Assembly: GCA_951406725.2 (NCBI GenBank)
Contig: OX597815.1
Span: 199,206,001-199,270,000, forward strand
Reading direction: 5' to 3'
DNA: 64,000 bases
From: Octopus vulgaris
Lineage: Eukaryota
Shown here: positions 13,665-27,200 of the stretch, piece after piece
How the letters are laid out: every line of letters starts with the position of its first letter
Numbering within the stretch: the stretch's first letter is position 1
Translations under genes and position numbers: made by a program
The notes under the pieces: model-generated
Seen by the model: only the letters and a program-made list of their open reading frames with translations
What the model was told of the DNA's origin: nothing
Databases searched by the model: none

Positions 13665-14080
13665 TTGCCTTTATTGCCCACAGGGGGCTAAGCATAGAGG
13701 GGGCAAACAAGGACAGACAAGGGATTAAGTCGATTACATCGACCCCAGTGATTAACTGGTACTTATTTAATTGACCCCCAAAAGGATGAAAGGCAAAGTC
13801 GACCTCGACGGAATTTGAACTCAGAACGTAACGGAAGACGAAATACCTATTTCTTTACTACCCACAAGGGGTTAAAAACAGAGAGGATAAACAAGGACAG
13901 ACAAACAGATTATGTCGATTATACCGACCCCAGTGCGTAACTGGTACTTAATTTATCGACCCCGAAAGGATGAAAGGCAAAGTCGACCTCGGCGGAATTT
14001 GAACTCAGAACGTAACGGCAGACGAAATACGGCTACGCATTTCGCCAGGCATGCTAACGTTTCTGCCAGCTCGCTGCCTT
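13665..14080 (-). mobile_element. SINE family A dimer
   Basis: Two tailed units joined at aaatacctatttctttactaccc; head reverse complement ctgccagctcgctgcctt. Confidence 0.85.
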
Positions 14081-14193
14081 TATGTCATCCGAATAATAGT
14101 ATTTGGTCCACAGAAATGCTTTCTCCTCTTTATATCCAGATAATTGCTACTATAACAGTCTGTGGTTTTCTCTGCTAGCTAGTGGTATACGCA

Positions 14194-15427
14194 CAGGGTT
14201 CAGGATAAATTTGACGGTTTGCACAAAAGGAAAAGAATACACAAATCTCATCCAAAAAAAGTATTTTAAAAAATCAAAAATATCAACTGATTTACGGCTG
14301 AGCTGTAACAGTTTACTCAAAGCAGCTGCCGTCAGCTTCCACCACAGATTCGAGCGGCTCCGGAACCTGACGCATGCACTCCTCGCAGTATTCAAGGGAA
14401 GATCTTAGAACATCTTGGCCTTGGTGTTGCAGTTAGAGCGGTTGCTGTCTTTCTCAACCGGGCCCTACACTTACTAATCCATGAAGTTACTATCGGGGGA
14501 ATTAGAAGATCAGAAATTGGGACTGATTAAGTTGTAGAAATTCTCCCACAACCACTCCTTTTTCTGGGGGTATAACAAAGAGCTAAATCCTGCTGCCATA
14601 CATATGGCCTCCCAGCAGCAAGCCTTTCCAGCCAGGGTCTGACAAGACTTGAGCATCTTCGCGTAACCGTCTGAATTGAGCCTATTAACCTTGATCAAAT
14701 ATATGGAGATGAATTCTGACATGCGAATGCAGTCAGAACGTTTGCCATGTCCCTTCCTGCTGACCACGGCTTCGTAGTCTCAGTTGCAACTATCCATGTC
14801 AGGTCTTACAGCCTTTACAGTGTTCACAAAGCACTGAGCAGCAGTCAAGATATCGGCATCTTGATACTCGGTGCGAATCCTCATGATACAGGTCACATAT
14901 TTTCAGTATTCAAATGGCTTCCAGTGCTCCATGTCAGGTAACCGTTTTTCTGAACTAAAATTTTAATCCTTACTAGCAGTATCGCCCGGCGTTGCTCGGC
15001 TTTGTTTTGAAAAGTAAAATGTTTGTATTATGTAGCTTGTTATTCTCTTTAAGTGAACATTTTTCTGGTTGAAATACACCGAAAAATGACGACACAGCAG
15101 TCAAAAAATCGTAAAAAATAGGGATTTTCATAGAAAAAAAGCACCTTTTTTATGTAAATAATTTTTGGTGTTAACATGGTCCGATTTGAATGTTTTCTTC
15201 TACGAAAGGAAGAACAAGCCTTCTCCTATCATACTTTCAATTTTGGTCAACTTGTGCTGCAGGGTCTCGGAGGAGATAGTGTTAGTTGAAGGCTACCAAA
15301 CCTGCCATACACAGACAACTCCAGTTTTATATATATAGATTATCTCCAATGCCGTCACAGTTCACTAATTCAAACTGTTTTTAGAATAAGGCAATAAAAA
15401 TTCGTCACATTTAACCCGAACACCCTG
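14194..15427 (-). mobile_element. Decayed Tc1/mariner-superfamily element (maT/DD37D-like) with a nested Helitron
   Basis: Imperfect TIRs cagggttcaggataaatttgacg and cgtcacatttaacccgaacaccctg|ta; minus-strand pieces RPYVWQQD and ACVRFRSR..ESVVEADGSCFE*. Confidence 0.7.
14973..15339 (-). mobile_element. Non-autonomous Helitron
   Basis: Minus strand A|TCTATATATATAAAA ... ccgagcaacgccgggcgatactgCTAG|T. Confidence 0.8.
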
Positions 15428-16476
15428 TATATTTATCCATCAAGATTTTCCCGATGCATTTGTCCCTTCTTTTATAACCGTATTCTATATCACAGCAAAC
15501 AGTTTTATCACTAACGAGCTTTCAGTCCTTCTCCTACAGAGCATCAACATCCTGGGGTTCCCTCACATTCGTGTTTCTTCTACTGATGTAAACTTACAAG
15601 AATTCAAACTGAATACCAACGTATCAAATAGTTATTAGCGACGCTCACTACGCTTCTAACTTACAAGAACACACGAAACATACTTTTGTTGATTACAATA
15701 TTAAGACGGTAACTTCACAGCAATAGCAAAATTCTCGCAGGAAATTAGATTACGTCTTCAAAAGCTAAAATCAAATGGCAACATATTAGCAAAATTGGAC
15801 GTATAAATGGCTCATCGAACGAGTTGATGATAACCATAAACGTATGCTATTACATGTCCAAGATGAGCTGAAGACTCACATAATATTTTGTTTTGATATC
15901 TTTATGTTGAATGTAAAACCTCCCACTTAAATGGACAAAGACTTACATTTCTTACAATATGTGATAAATGTATTAAATTGCCTGAAGTAATTCAGTGAAT
16001 TCAAAGCAGTGAATTTAGCACACAACCGTTGATGTATTGGAGAGAACGTCACGCAGCGTTTGTTCCGGTTCTTCGCGTTCTGTGTTCAGAATCTACAGAG
16101 GTCAAGTCTGCTTTTCATCCTTCCAGGATCGATAAATAAAGCACCAGTTAATTACTGGGCAGATTCTCTCTCACCCTCCCTCCCTTCCCCTCTCTTTCAC
16201 TCTCTTTTCCACTCTTTCTCTATTTATTTCTTCCTCTCTCTTCTACTCTCTCTCTTTATCTACCGCTCCTATCGATTACGTTGCGTTGTTAGATGAGTAC
16301 AGTTGCGTCACATAAATTTTTCTGTCCTTCAGAAATGAAAATCACTGGAGCGGCGAGTGAACAAACACATCTTATAGATAAATGGATATGCAACAAGCAC
16401 TGTCCACCGACGGACCGACGTTCAGTACAGTACAGAACAGAAATAAAGATTATTCTATTCTATACCAAAACAACCA

Positions 16477-16885
16477 GAGCTGGCCGACATGTTGGCACGC
16501 TGGGTGAAATGCTTAGCGTTATTTCGTGTCTTTACGGTCTCAAATTCCGCGGAGGTCGATTTTGCCTTTCCTCTTTTTGGGGTCGATAAATTAAGTACCA
16601 GTTACGCTTGGGGTCGATCTAATCGACTTAATCCCTTTATCTGTCCTTGTTTGTCCCCTCTGTGTTAAGCCCCTTGTGAGCAATAAAGAAATAAGAAACG
16701 TTGGCACGCTGGGGGAAATGCTTAGCGTTATTTCGTCTGTCTTTAAGTTCTCAAATTCCGCCGAGATCGACTTTGTCTTTCATCCTTTTGGGGTCGATAG
16801 ATTAAGTACTAGATTCGTACTGGTGTCGATCTAATTGACTCGTCCCCTTCCCCAAAATTTCGGGCCTTATGCCTAGAGTAAAAAA
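16477..16885 (+). mobile_element. SINE family A dimer
   Basis: Units joined at caataaagaaataag|aaacgttggcacg; last unit has the plain tail ccccttccccaaaatttcgggccttatgcc. Confidence 0.85.
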
Positions 16886-17072
16886 ATAATACATAGTTAA
16901 TGGCAGATCAAAATTGTTTCGCGTACACAATGTCCATCCAACTTCAAAATTTTCGGAAAAGCCCCTCTCAGATCTACTTCTAAACCTTTTTACGCCTCCA
17001 AAATAGGACTCAGCAACGATTCTAGCAAAAGCTGGAATCTTCAGTTTCCATGTGCATCATTGAAATCAATTT

Positions 17073-17678
17073 AAGGCGGCGAGCTGACAGAAACATAGCA
17101 CGCCGGGCAAAATGCTTAGTGGTGTTTCGTCTGTCTTTACGTTTTGAGTTCAAATTCCGCCGAGGTCGACTTTGCCTTCCATCCTTTCGGAATCGATAAA
17201 TTAAGTACCAGTTACGCTCTGGGGTCAATATAATCGACTTAATCCGTTTATCTGTCCTTGTTTGCCCTGTCTGTGTTTAGCCCCTTTTAGGTAGTAAAGA
17301 AATAGGTATTTCGTCTCTCTTTTCGTTTTGAGTTCAAATTCTGCCGAGGTCGACTTTGCCTTTCATCCTTTCGGGGTCGACAATTTAAGTACCAGTTACG
17401 CACTGGGGTCGATGTAATCGACTTAATCCGTTTGTCTGTGCTTGTTTGTCCCCTCTATGTTTAGGCCCTTGTGGGCAATAAAAAAAATAAGAAACTTTAG
17501 TATGCCGAGCGAAATGCATAGCTGTCTTTACGTTTTGAGTTCCAATTCTGCCGAGGTCGACTTTGTCTTTCATCCTTTCGGGGTCGATAAATTAAGTACC
17601 TGTTGCCTACTACGGTCGATGTAATCGACTGGACCCCTCCCCTGAAAATTTCGGGCCTTGTGCCTAGAGTAGAAAAGA
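17073..17678 (+). mobile_element. SINE family A trimer
   Basis: Head aaggcggcgagctgacagaaac; junctions near 17300 (gtagtaaagaaatag|gtatttcg) and 17490 (caataaa..ataag|aaacttt). Confidence 0.87.
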
Positions 17679-17984
17679 TTAATGAAATCAAGTTCTGCGA
17701 CAATAACAAATCAGTAATCGACACAGTAAAAGCAGATATTACTTATGTCAGACAGAAGCTAGATGAAAAATTCAGACAATTACAATTACTTTATTATTGA
17801 AATAGAAATATTATGGGTTGGAATATAGCACTTTTATACCGCTTATAAATTGGTATGACTGAAACAATTGCGAACTGGGAAATGCACAAGCACAATCGCT
17901 TGGGTAGAATGGGCAATAAAAGCAAGAATGAAAAATTGACGGAACATGTTCACATGGTATAAGTCTATCAAGAGCTTTTAACTT

Positions 17985-18170
17985 ACTGTTCTATATCTAA
18001 GAGATGAGGAATTATGTACATTATTTACATTATTTACATTCAACGGATATTTGTCCTCATCTTGTTTGTTGTTAACACAACGTTTCGGCTGATATTCTCT
18101 CCAGCCTTCTTCAGATGTCTTGGGGAAATTTCGAAGCTGGGTTCACATTCCTAAGGTAATTTTCGATATT

Positions 18171-18257
<87 letters not shown>

Positions 18258-18637
18258 ATTGATCAGGTCACTGCTTGGAATCGAACTCGGAATCTTGGGG
18301 TTAGTAGCCCGTGCTCTTAGCCATATGCCCGTGAATAATTATGGAGTGAATTTTAGGGCTTATAAATCTAATATTTTCCTATTCTTCCTTAATACCGGTT
18401 CCGATATGCTGCTCCTATCTGCACTCGGTCTGCTTAGGAAGTTGTTGTGTCCTACATATGTGCTGCTTCTTTTAGTTTTCGTATTTTCCAGTGGTGTTCT
18501 CTGTCTATTATTTTAACTTCATCCCACAGGGGGAGGTGGTCTCCATTTTTCCATACATGATCAGCTATACCCGATCTATCAATATCTCCTCGTGTCACAG
18601 CTTTGCGATGTTTGTCTACTCTTATTTTGAGGTTGGT
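17985..18637 (-). mobile_element. Penelope-like element 3' part: GIY-YIG endonuclease C-terminal half plus pLTR/3' UTR
   Basis: LKIRVDKHRKAVTRGDIDRSGIADHVWKNGDHLPLWDEVKIIDREHHWKIRKLKEAAHM is typical of the PLE GIY-YIG domain (R..H, S.IADH, D.VKII, R..KE); hammerhead motif downstream. Confidence 0.85.
18074..18119 (-). ncRNA. Minimal type I hammerhead ribozyme motif (PLE-associated)
   Basis: GACAU CUGAAGA A GGCUG gagagaauau CAGCC GAAA CG UU GUGUU: intact core, 5-bp stem II, stem I, palindromic ACGU stem III. Confidence 0.8.
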
Positions 18638-19022
18638 TACATACATACATACATACACACATGCATGCATAGATGCATACATACATACATACATACATAC
18701 ATACATACATACATACATACATACATACATACATACATACATACATACAGACGCCATGACAGATCGTTAGCCACTACACACATTTTTTTTCTCTCCTTGT
18801 TTTTTTCTGTGTCCCTTTCTGTAGATGTGTGTAGGCTCGAAACGTAAACGACTTTTTCTATTCCTGAGCGTTATACTAATACATCTGTTTGTTTTGTACA
18901 CCACCTGTCTTTTTCTTTTGTTTTTTTTCGTAAACTCTCCCTACATACATACATACATACATACATACATACATACATACATACATACATACATACATAC
19001 ATACATGCATACATACATACAT
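18638..19022. repeat. (CATA)n microsatellite split by a ~190 bp insert (18750-18942) carrying a decayed hammerhead-like motif
   Basis: Insert contains ctttCTGTAGAtgtgtgtaggctcGAAACGTAaac at 18815-18850 on the + strand. Confidence 0.7.
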
Positions 19023-19286
19023 GCTGGCTGTCAACACGCGGGTGAGTATTACCATCAGTGATAATACATCTTATCCTAGATGTAAAAGATTATGGCTGTC
19101 AGCGATACCCATGTTGAGCAAGATTTCTGGTTTCACAATGAGGGAGGTATTATTTCAAAATTCCCTTCTCCTAGAGAGAGATGTCTAAGCAAACCCTGGG
19201 TTTTCTCACTCCCAGTTGTACGGGTTACGTATTACTACAAGCACTAAGAGTGACTTGACATACACACACACACGTGTAAATACATG

Positions 19287-19336
<50 letters not shown>

Positions 19337-19425
19337 CATGTGTATATACATATGCACATACCCACACATATGCATGGGCGCACGTTTTTGCATGTGTCTA
19401 TATGTGCATTTATATATATATATTA

Positions 19426-19687
19426 TATAAAAGATCGTGGGTGAGGCCAAAACAATGCGAAGTAACTGCAAGGTAAATCACAAGAAAACAAATATGTGAG
19501 TTAATGTTAGACTTACCTAGTATTCAATATTTCGGGGTTATGACCCCATTTTCAAGAAATTGACAATTTCGTGAAACACTGAAATATTGAATACAAGGTA
19601 AGTCTATATTAATTCACATATTTGTTTTCTTGTGATTTACCTTGCATTTACTTCACTCTATTTTGGCCTTACCCACGATCTTTTATA
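19426..19687. repeat. Fold-back element (~105 bp imperfect inverted arms) in (TA)n
   Basis: aaagatcgtgggtgaggccaaaa...tattcaatatttc versus gaaatattgaata...ttttggccttacccacgatcttt. Confidence 0.9.
19522..19560 (-). ncRNA. Hammerhead-like motif with U3-A8 core variant
   Basis: UUC UUGAAAA U GGGG ucauaa CCCC GAAA UA UU GAA: stem II GGGG/CCCC, palindromic AUAU stem III, 3-bp stem I. Confidence 0.6.
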
Positions 19688-19714
19688 CTATATATTCTAC
19701 ACAATGCTTCACAG

Positions 19715-19777
<63 letters not shown>

Positions 19778-20169
19778 CATCTATGTATGTGTATGTGTGT
19801 GAGCGTGTGTATGTGAATGTGTGTCTCCATATATTCAAATAGGCAAGTACCTGTTAGTAACTACATTCGCATAATCCACACATTAACGGACGATGGTGTG
19901 AATGAGGTGATCAGCCACAAATCGAATTGATTGACAGGTATTTTGAAAGTAGACCAAAAACAGAATCAGTGTAATAAAGGTATGTGTCAGATCTCGTCTG
20001 AAGATATTACAATAAACAACAGTTCGTGGGAGTCCAATTAAAGCCGATAGAATTTTCGAGTTTACTTAAAGTCAATATTGCCTGACGACTGACCGAATGG
20101 TGAAGAACTTTGTGTGTTTATATGCATCTATGGCTCTCGCACTTTGCCTACCTACCTCTTTGTCTGTTT

Positions 20170-21410
<1,241 letters not shown>

Positions 21411-21609
21411 GTATGTGTGTTTTGATGCAATTTATTCGGTAGAGGTAGATTAGTGCTCATAACTTTTGCCGGCAAATTCTCGACAGGTGTCGTTATTATT
21501 TAACCCTAGGTCTTCTCAAGGAGATCAGATCTACGATCAACTGTTTTCTTACTCTTAATCTTTACGCTTTTCTTTTCTTTACCTATTTTATCTTAACTGT
21601 GTGTCTATG

Positions 21610-21645
<36 letters not shown>

Positions 21646-21654
21646 TATATATAA

Positions 21655-22035
21655 TGGCAGCGACCTGATAGAAATGCTTAGCAGTATTTCGTCTGCCGCT
21701 ACGTTCTGAGTTCAAATTCCGCCGAGGGCGACTTTGGCTTTCATCCTTTCGGGGTCGATAAATTAAGTACCAGTTACGCAATGGGGTCGATGTTATCGAC
21801 TTAATCTGTTTGTCACTCCTTGTTTGTCCCCTCTGTGTTTAGCCCCTTGTGGGTAGTAAAGAAATAGCTGTATATCGTTTGTCCTTACGTTCTGAGTTCA
21901 AATTCCATCCGGGTCGACTTTCATCCCTTCATCCTTTCGGGGTCGGTAAATTAAGTACCAGTTGCGTACTGCGGTCGATCTAATCGACTGGCCCTCTCCC
22001 CTACAAAATTTCCGTCTTTATGCCTTGAGTAGAAA
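21655..22035 (+). mobile_element. SINE family A dimer
   Basis: Tailed unit followed by a headless unit with plain tail. Confidence 0.82.
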
Positions 22036-22075
22036 AGTATATATATGTGTGTACCTTAGCGAGTATGGTAGTGGT

Positions 22076-22635
22076 TCTTCTTCTTCTTCTTCTTCTTCTT
22101 CTTCTTCTTCTTCTTCTTCTTCTTCTTCTTCTTCTTCTTCTTCTTCTTCTTCTTCTTCTAATCAAGACTCACGCCATTAGCCACAAAGAATAATCTCTAA
22201 TTCGAGCCTAGTCTAAGCTACTAAGAATGCGTGTGGCAACTTGAAGATCAACCCACCATACGCGATAGACTGGCGGTTGAACGGCGCGAAAGCTACGTTG
22301 TTGTCCTCATTCCGTAAACGGTGGCTTTTAACGGATGGAGAGCTGAACCATCCTGGGGTACAGAGGATTCGCAATCTAGACTAGGGTCTGAAAGTTTACC
22401 ACACCATAGTGGTTTACACCATGGTTCCTTTGCTTTCTGGCAGAAGTAGGAAGAAAGAGTGAGAGAAAGTTGTGGTAATAAAGCACAGCGAAATTCGCCC
22501 CCACTCACATCGGAGCCTCGTAGAGCTTAGGTATTTTTGCTCAATAAACACTCACAATGCCCGGTCCGAGAATCGAAACCGCGTTCTTACGACCACGAGT
22601 CCGTTGCCCTAACCACTGGGCCATTGCGCCTCCAC
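22076..22635 (-). mobile_element. SINE family C head with an alternative ~290 bp 3' module and (GAA)n tail
   Basis: Head reverse complement ccattgcgcctccac at 22621-22635; family C body to ~22450; unrelated 3' module; (TTC)n at 22076-22159. Confidence 0.6.
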
Positions 22636-22671
22636 TGGTAGTGGTTGTCTCTCTATCGCAAACTGTTAGTC

Positions 22672-22706
<35 letters not shown>

Positions 22707-23409
22707 AACTGTATAGTATTACTAGAGGGGGTTTGGTTGATTGACCACATGCTAACATACTAACTCATACTAACCCCCTCGTTCTCTCTACAGGCAGTGC
22801 TTTTGTTGTTGTTGTTGTTGTGGTTGTTGTTGTTTAGACACAAAATTTATTCAGCAAACTTTCCATCAAAGGCCTTTCATCCGTGAACATTCTGCATTTT
22901 TTTTCTTTCATTTGCACATGGAATTACGAACCACGTAGCTAAGAACACATTTAGACATTCAGGTCCGATTTGAGGGAGGTTTGTTTGCTATTTCTAGAAG
23001 ACTTAGTGAACACGTATGTACACCCTTGTAATTTGGTATATACACCGTGTTTGTATACGGGCAAAATACGTGTGATTTATGTTACACTTCCAACTTTTAA
23101 ACATCGCACAATCATTGTAAAAGAAAAAAAAGGTCCTAGCAAGAATACCACGGAGCTATAATTCTGATGAGTGGAGAGGCTTGTCGGGTACACATACACA
23201 CACACACACACATATGAGTGTATATGGATAAAATTATCCAGGCGGATGCAGTTGTAGCTCTCAGGTATACTTCAAGTTACGGCTCAGCTCATCAAGCAGT
23301 AATAAGCGTCATCGATCGCTTAGTGTTAGCAATCGCGCTATAATTCTACTGACCGGTAACACTCCGATATATATATACATATATATATATGTATATATAT
23401 ATATATATG

Positions 23410-23460
<51 letters not shown>

Positions 23461-23462
<2 letters not shown>

Positions 23463-23785
23463 CGGTTTCGAATCCCAGACGCGCTTTCGAATCCCAGACG
23501 CGCTTTCGAATCCCAGGATCGCGGTTTCGAATCCCAGACCGGGCGTTGTAAGTGTTTATTGAGCGAAAACACCTAAAAGCTCCACGAGGCTCCGGCAGGG
23601 GGGGGTGATCCTTGCTGTACTTTTTCACCACTCTTTCTCCCACTCTTTCTCCCACTCTTTCTTGTGTTGGTCTGCTCGCTTAGCCAGCGGGGTGGCGTCA
23701 TTCGAAGGCTAAAACAATGCGAACGCATTGTGACCAGCGATGTGTAACAACATCTGATGGTCTGGTCGATCACGCGATCACGTGA
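23461..23785 (+). mobile_element. 5'-truncated SINE family C with a third 3' module and reiterated 5' junction
   Basis: Four tandem copies of cgc(g/.)tttcgaatcccag, then family C body, then a different tail ending gatcacgcgatcacgtga. Confidence 0.75.
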
Positions 23786-23801
23786 TATACATACATATAT
23801 A

Positions 23802-23945
23802 CTCTTTTACTCTTTTACTTGTTTCAGTCATTTGACTGCGGCCATGCTGGAGTACCGCCTTTAGTCGAGCAAATTGACCCCACGACTTCTTCTTTGTAAG
23901 CCTGGAACTTATTCTATCGATGTCTCTTGCCGAACCGCTAAGTTT
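23802..23945 (-). mobile_element. SINE family B 3' part
   Basis: cttgtttcagtcatttgactgcggccatgctggag...gaaccgctaag. Confidence 0.8.
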
Positions 23946-24394
23946 TGCCAAACTTATGTGAGCATGTCTAGAAGTACAACTATACGCATGAGAAGACATA
24001 CATAAAACAAAACATACAAATCTGCACATATACATACATACACAAATTCCTTGTTGTTGATGTTGAAATTCCAATGAAGGGGCCTTGGATCTAGACTAAA
24101 AACCGGCTCTTTCTCTATTGGCAAGAAATCTTGAAATACAGCTGAATAATGACTTACATACATATACAAATAGTTACATGGATGCAACCTGGCTGTCGCT
24201 TCTCTATCGTGTACGACAATCTTTTTTCGCTTCCTTCTGCTTTCCTTTTGAGACGTAGTGCCTCTGTTATGGAATCATGCAATGAAGAAGGTATACACGA
24301 ATATGGTAAGATTAAGACTTCACCACCCTGACGCCGGGAGCCTTTCGTTGGAAGACGCTGCCGACCAGAGAATGAAGTGATATATACGTACATA

Positions 24395-24620
24395 GGCGAG
24401 CTGGCAGAATCGTTAGCACGCCGGGCGAAATGCGTAGCCGTATTTCGTCTGCCGTTACGTTCTGAGTTCAAATTCCGCCCATGTCCACTTTGCCTTTCAT
24501 CCTTTCGGGGTCGATAAATTAAGTACCAGTTACGCACTGGGGTCGATGTAATCGACTTAATCCGTTTGTCTGTCCTTGTTTGTCCCCTCTATGTTTAGCC
24601 CCTTGTGGGTAATAAAGAAA
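24395..24620 (+). mobile_element. SINE family A monomer with LINE-like tail
   Basis: ggcgagctggcagaatcgttagcacgccgggcg ... ccccttgtgggtaataaagaaa. Confidence 0.88.
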
Positions 24621-24794
24621 CGGATATATACGTACATAGACACAGACATACTTGCACATATATATAAACCTGCAAATATAATCTATACTCACGTACGCAC
24701 GCATGTGCATACACCCGTATGCAATTACTTACGTACGTACGTACGTACGTACACACATTCCTGCATATATACATATAAATATGTATACATACTG

Positions 24795-25116
24795 ACACTC
24801 CGTTAGTTACTACGACTAGGGTTCCGGTTGACCCGATCAACAGAACTGCCTGCTCGTGAAATTAACGTGCAAGTGGCTGAGCATTCCATAGACATGTGTA
24901 CCATTGACGTAGTTATCAGGGTGATTGAGCGTGATACAGCGTGTACCATAGCTGGCCCTTCGAAATACAGGTACTACTCATTTTTGCCAGTTGAGAGGAC
25001 TGGAGCAACGTGAAATAAAGTGACTTGCTGAAGGACACAAGGCGCCGCCGGGAATCGAACTGGCCACCTTGCGATCGTGAGTCGAATGCCCTGACCACGA
25101 GGCCACGCGCCTTCAC
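24795..25116 (-). mobile_element. SINE family D
   Basis: Head gaaggcgcgtggcctcgtggtcagggcattcgactc; 3' half shared with family C; similar to 27201-27522. Confidence 0.8.
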
Positions 25117-25187
25117 TTATGCATACATACGAGCGTACATACGATATATGAATATTTACTTACATGGATGATTTATAGGTAGATATA

Positions 25188-25422
25188 CAGTAATCACTCG
25201 ACTATCGCGGGTGTTACCTTCCAAAAAAACCCGCGATAGGTAAAAATCCGCGAAGTAGAAACAGTACTGTACTGTATATATTTCTTTTTCTTTTATAATT
25301 TGTATATATTTATTTTATTATAAATGTAAAACACCACCACGGAGGAATCGACGCAAGCATACATAATAAACCGCGATAGGCAAACCGCGATAGGCGAACC
25401 ACGGTATGATGAGAGATTACTG
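25188..25422. mobile_element. pogo/Tigger-type MITE
   Basis: TA|CAGTAATCACTCG ... GAGAGATTACTG|TA termini; internal repeats of ccgcgatagg. Confidence 0.75.
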
Positions 25423-25939
25423 TAGATATAAATCCTAAAAGATAAAAAAAAATTAAGTTGTTTGAGGTATTGGAACTGTCATTCTAGTTTAGCTCCTCGT
25501 CAGTCATGATTCATCTGGCTTCTGCTCAAAGGCCTTCCTACAGTGGCCATCCCGATATTTTCTTGTATGAAGGAAATGCAGGTTTTGCCTATTCTTTACT
25601 AATATGGTATGGTGTGACTTTAGAGACGAGCGATTGATTCGTAAAACTTGGAAATTCCCGGAAACAACGATTAAAGCTTTCACATCTGGAGTTTGTACAA
25701 CGCTTTCAAAGAACAATGAGATGCGAGCAATGACAGCCAGTCCGGAACAAACTTGGATAAAAACAAAAGGGGTTGAGAATCTCCAGTGACAAGAACAAAG
25801 TATTAGAGTAGCGTTAAATTCAGGGAAGTCTGGTAAACAGAACAAAACAGATGGTGTTTACTAACCCAGCTCTTTGAAAATTACACTTGTGGTGCTTAAC
25901 TAAGAACTGCTTTCGTTACTGTTATTATTAAGATATACT

Positions 25940-26161
25940 CTTTTACTCGTTTACGCTTTTACTTGTGTCAGTCATTTGACTGTGGCCATGCTGGAGCACT
26001 GCCTTTAGTCGAGCAAATCGATACCAGGACTTATTCTTTGTAAGTTTAGTACTTATTCTATCGGTGTCTTTTTGCCGAGCTGCTGAGTTACGGGGACGTA
26101 AACACACCAGCATCGGTAGTCAAGCGATGTTGGGGGGACAAACACAGACACACAAACATAT

Positions 26162-26220
<59 letters not shown>

Positions 26221-26500
26221 TCTTTACTACCCACAAGAGGCCAAACATAGAGGGGACAAACAAGGACAGACAAAGGGATTAAGTCGATTATATTGACCCC
26301 AGTGCGTAACTGGTACTTTATTTATCGACCCAGAAAGGATAAAAGACAAAGTCAACCTCGGCGGAATTTGAACTCGGAACGTAACGACAGACGAATTACG
26401 GCTGCGCATTTCGCCCGGCGTGCTAACGTTTCTGCCAGCTCGCCGCCCTATTCTGCCAGTTTCTGTCTACCAAATCCACTCACAAGGCTTTGGTCGGCTA
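25940..26500 (-). mobile_element. SINE family B interrupted by a SINE A copy (26218-26448, minus)
   Basis: B tail and body 25940-26215; A copy next to the (TA)n; B head remnant tctaccaaatccactcacaaggctttggtcggc at ~26455-26498. Confidence 0.8.
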
Positions 26501-26573
26501 AGTATTTCGCACGGCGTGCTAACTTTCCTGCCAGATAGCTGCCTTCAGAAATGATTAATAAAATAGCAAGTTA

Positions 26574-27150
26574 AAGCGGTGAACTAGCAGAATCGTTAGA
26601 ACGCCGGACAAATTGCTTTTTCTGGCGTTACGTGCTGAGTTCAAATCCCACCAAGGTCGACTTTATTTTTCATTCCTTCAGGTTGATGAAATAAGTACCA
26701 GTTAAAGCATTCGGGTTCCTGTGATCGAGTGTCCCCTCTCCTAAAATTTCAGGCTTTATGCCTATTATAGAAAGGATTATTGGGGCAGCAACTTAAGACG
26801 GCGATTTAGCGGAATCGTTATCACGCCGGCAAAAATGCTTCGCAGCACATTTCTTCTGATATTACGTTCTGAGTTCAAATCCCGCCGAGGCCGACTGTAC
26901 CTTTCATCGTTTCAGGATCGATAAAATAAGTTTCACTTAAACAATGAGGTCGATGTAATCGATTTAACCTCTCCCTTGAAATTGTTGGTCTCGTGCCAGA
27001 ATTTGAAGCCATTCTAAAGACGTCAATCTGGCAGATTTGTTTCGAGTGTCGGTAAAATCCCATGCGTTATTTTCCCTGGCATTTTTACGTTCTAGGTTCA
27101 AATTTCACCGAGGTCAATGGATGCTTTCAGCCTTTCGGAGACGATAAAAT
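26574..27150 (+). mobile_element. Three older SINE family A copies in tandem
   Basis: Degenerate heads near 26574, 26795 and 27028, each with gagttcaaat-type B box and Nin-like domain. Confidence 0.7.
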
Positions 27151-27200
27151 AAAGTAACTAAGGCCAGTGGTACCGGCTAAACACTTTCACTCGAAAATTA

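Noticed and set aside
20078-20112. ctgacga..gaccgaatggtgaagaac hammerhead-like motif
   Set aside because: No intact GAAA and no stem I.
23160-23367. ctgatgag at 23164 and minus-strand ttgatgagctgagc near 23285 as hammerhead cores
   Set aside because: The first is cut off by a microsatellite and the second lacks GAAA; not supportable without a consensus.
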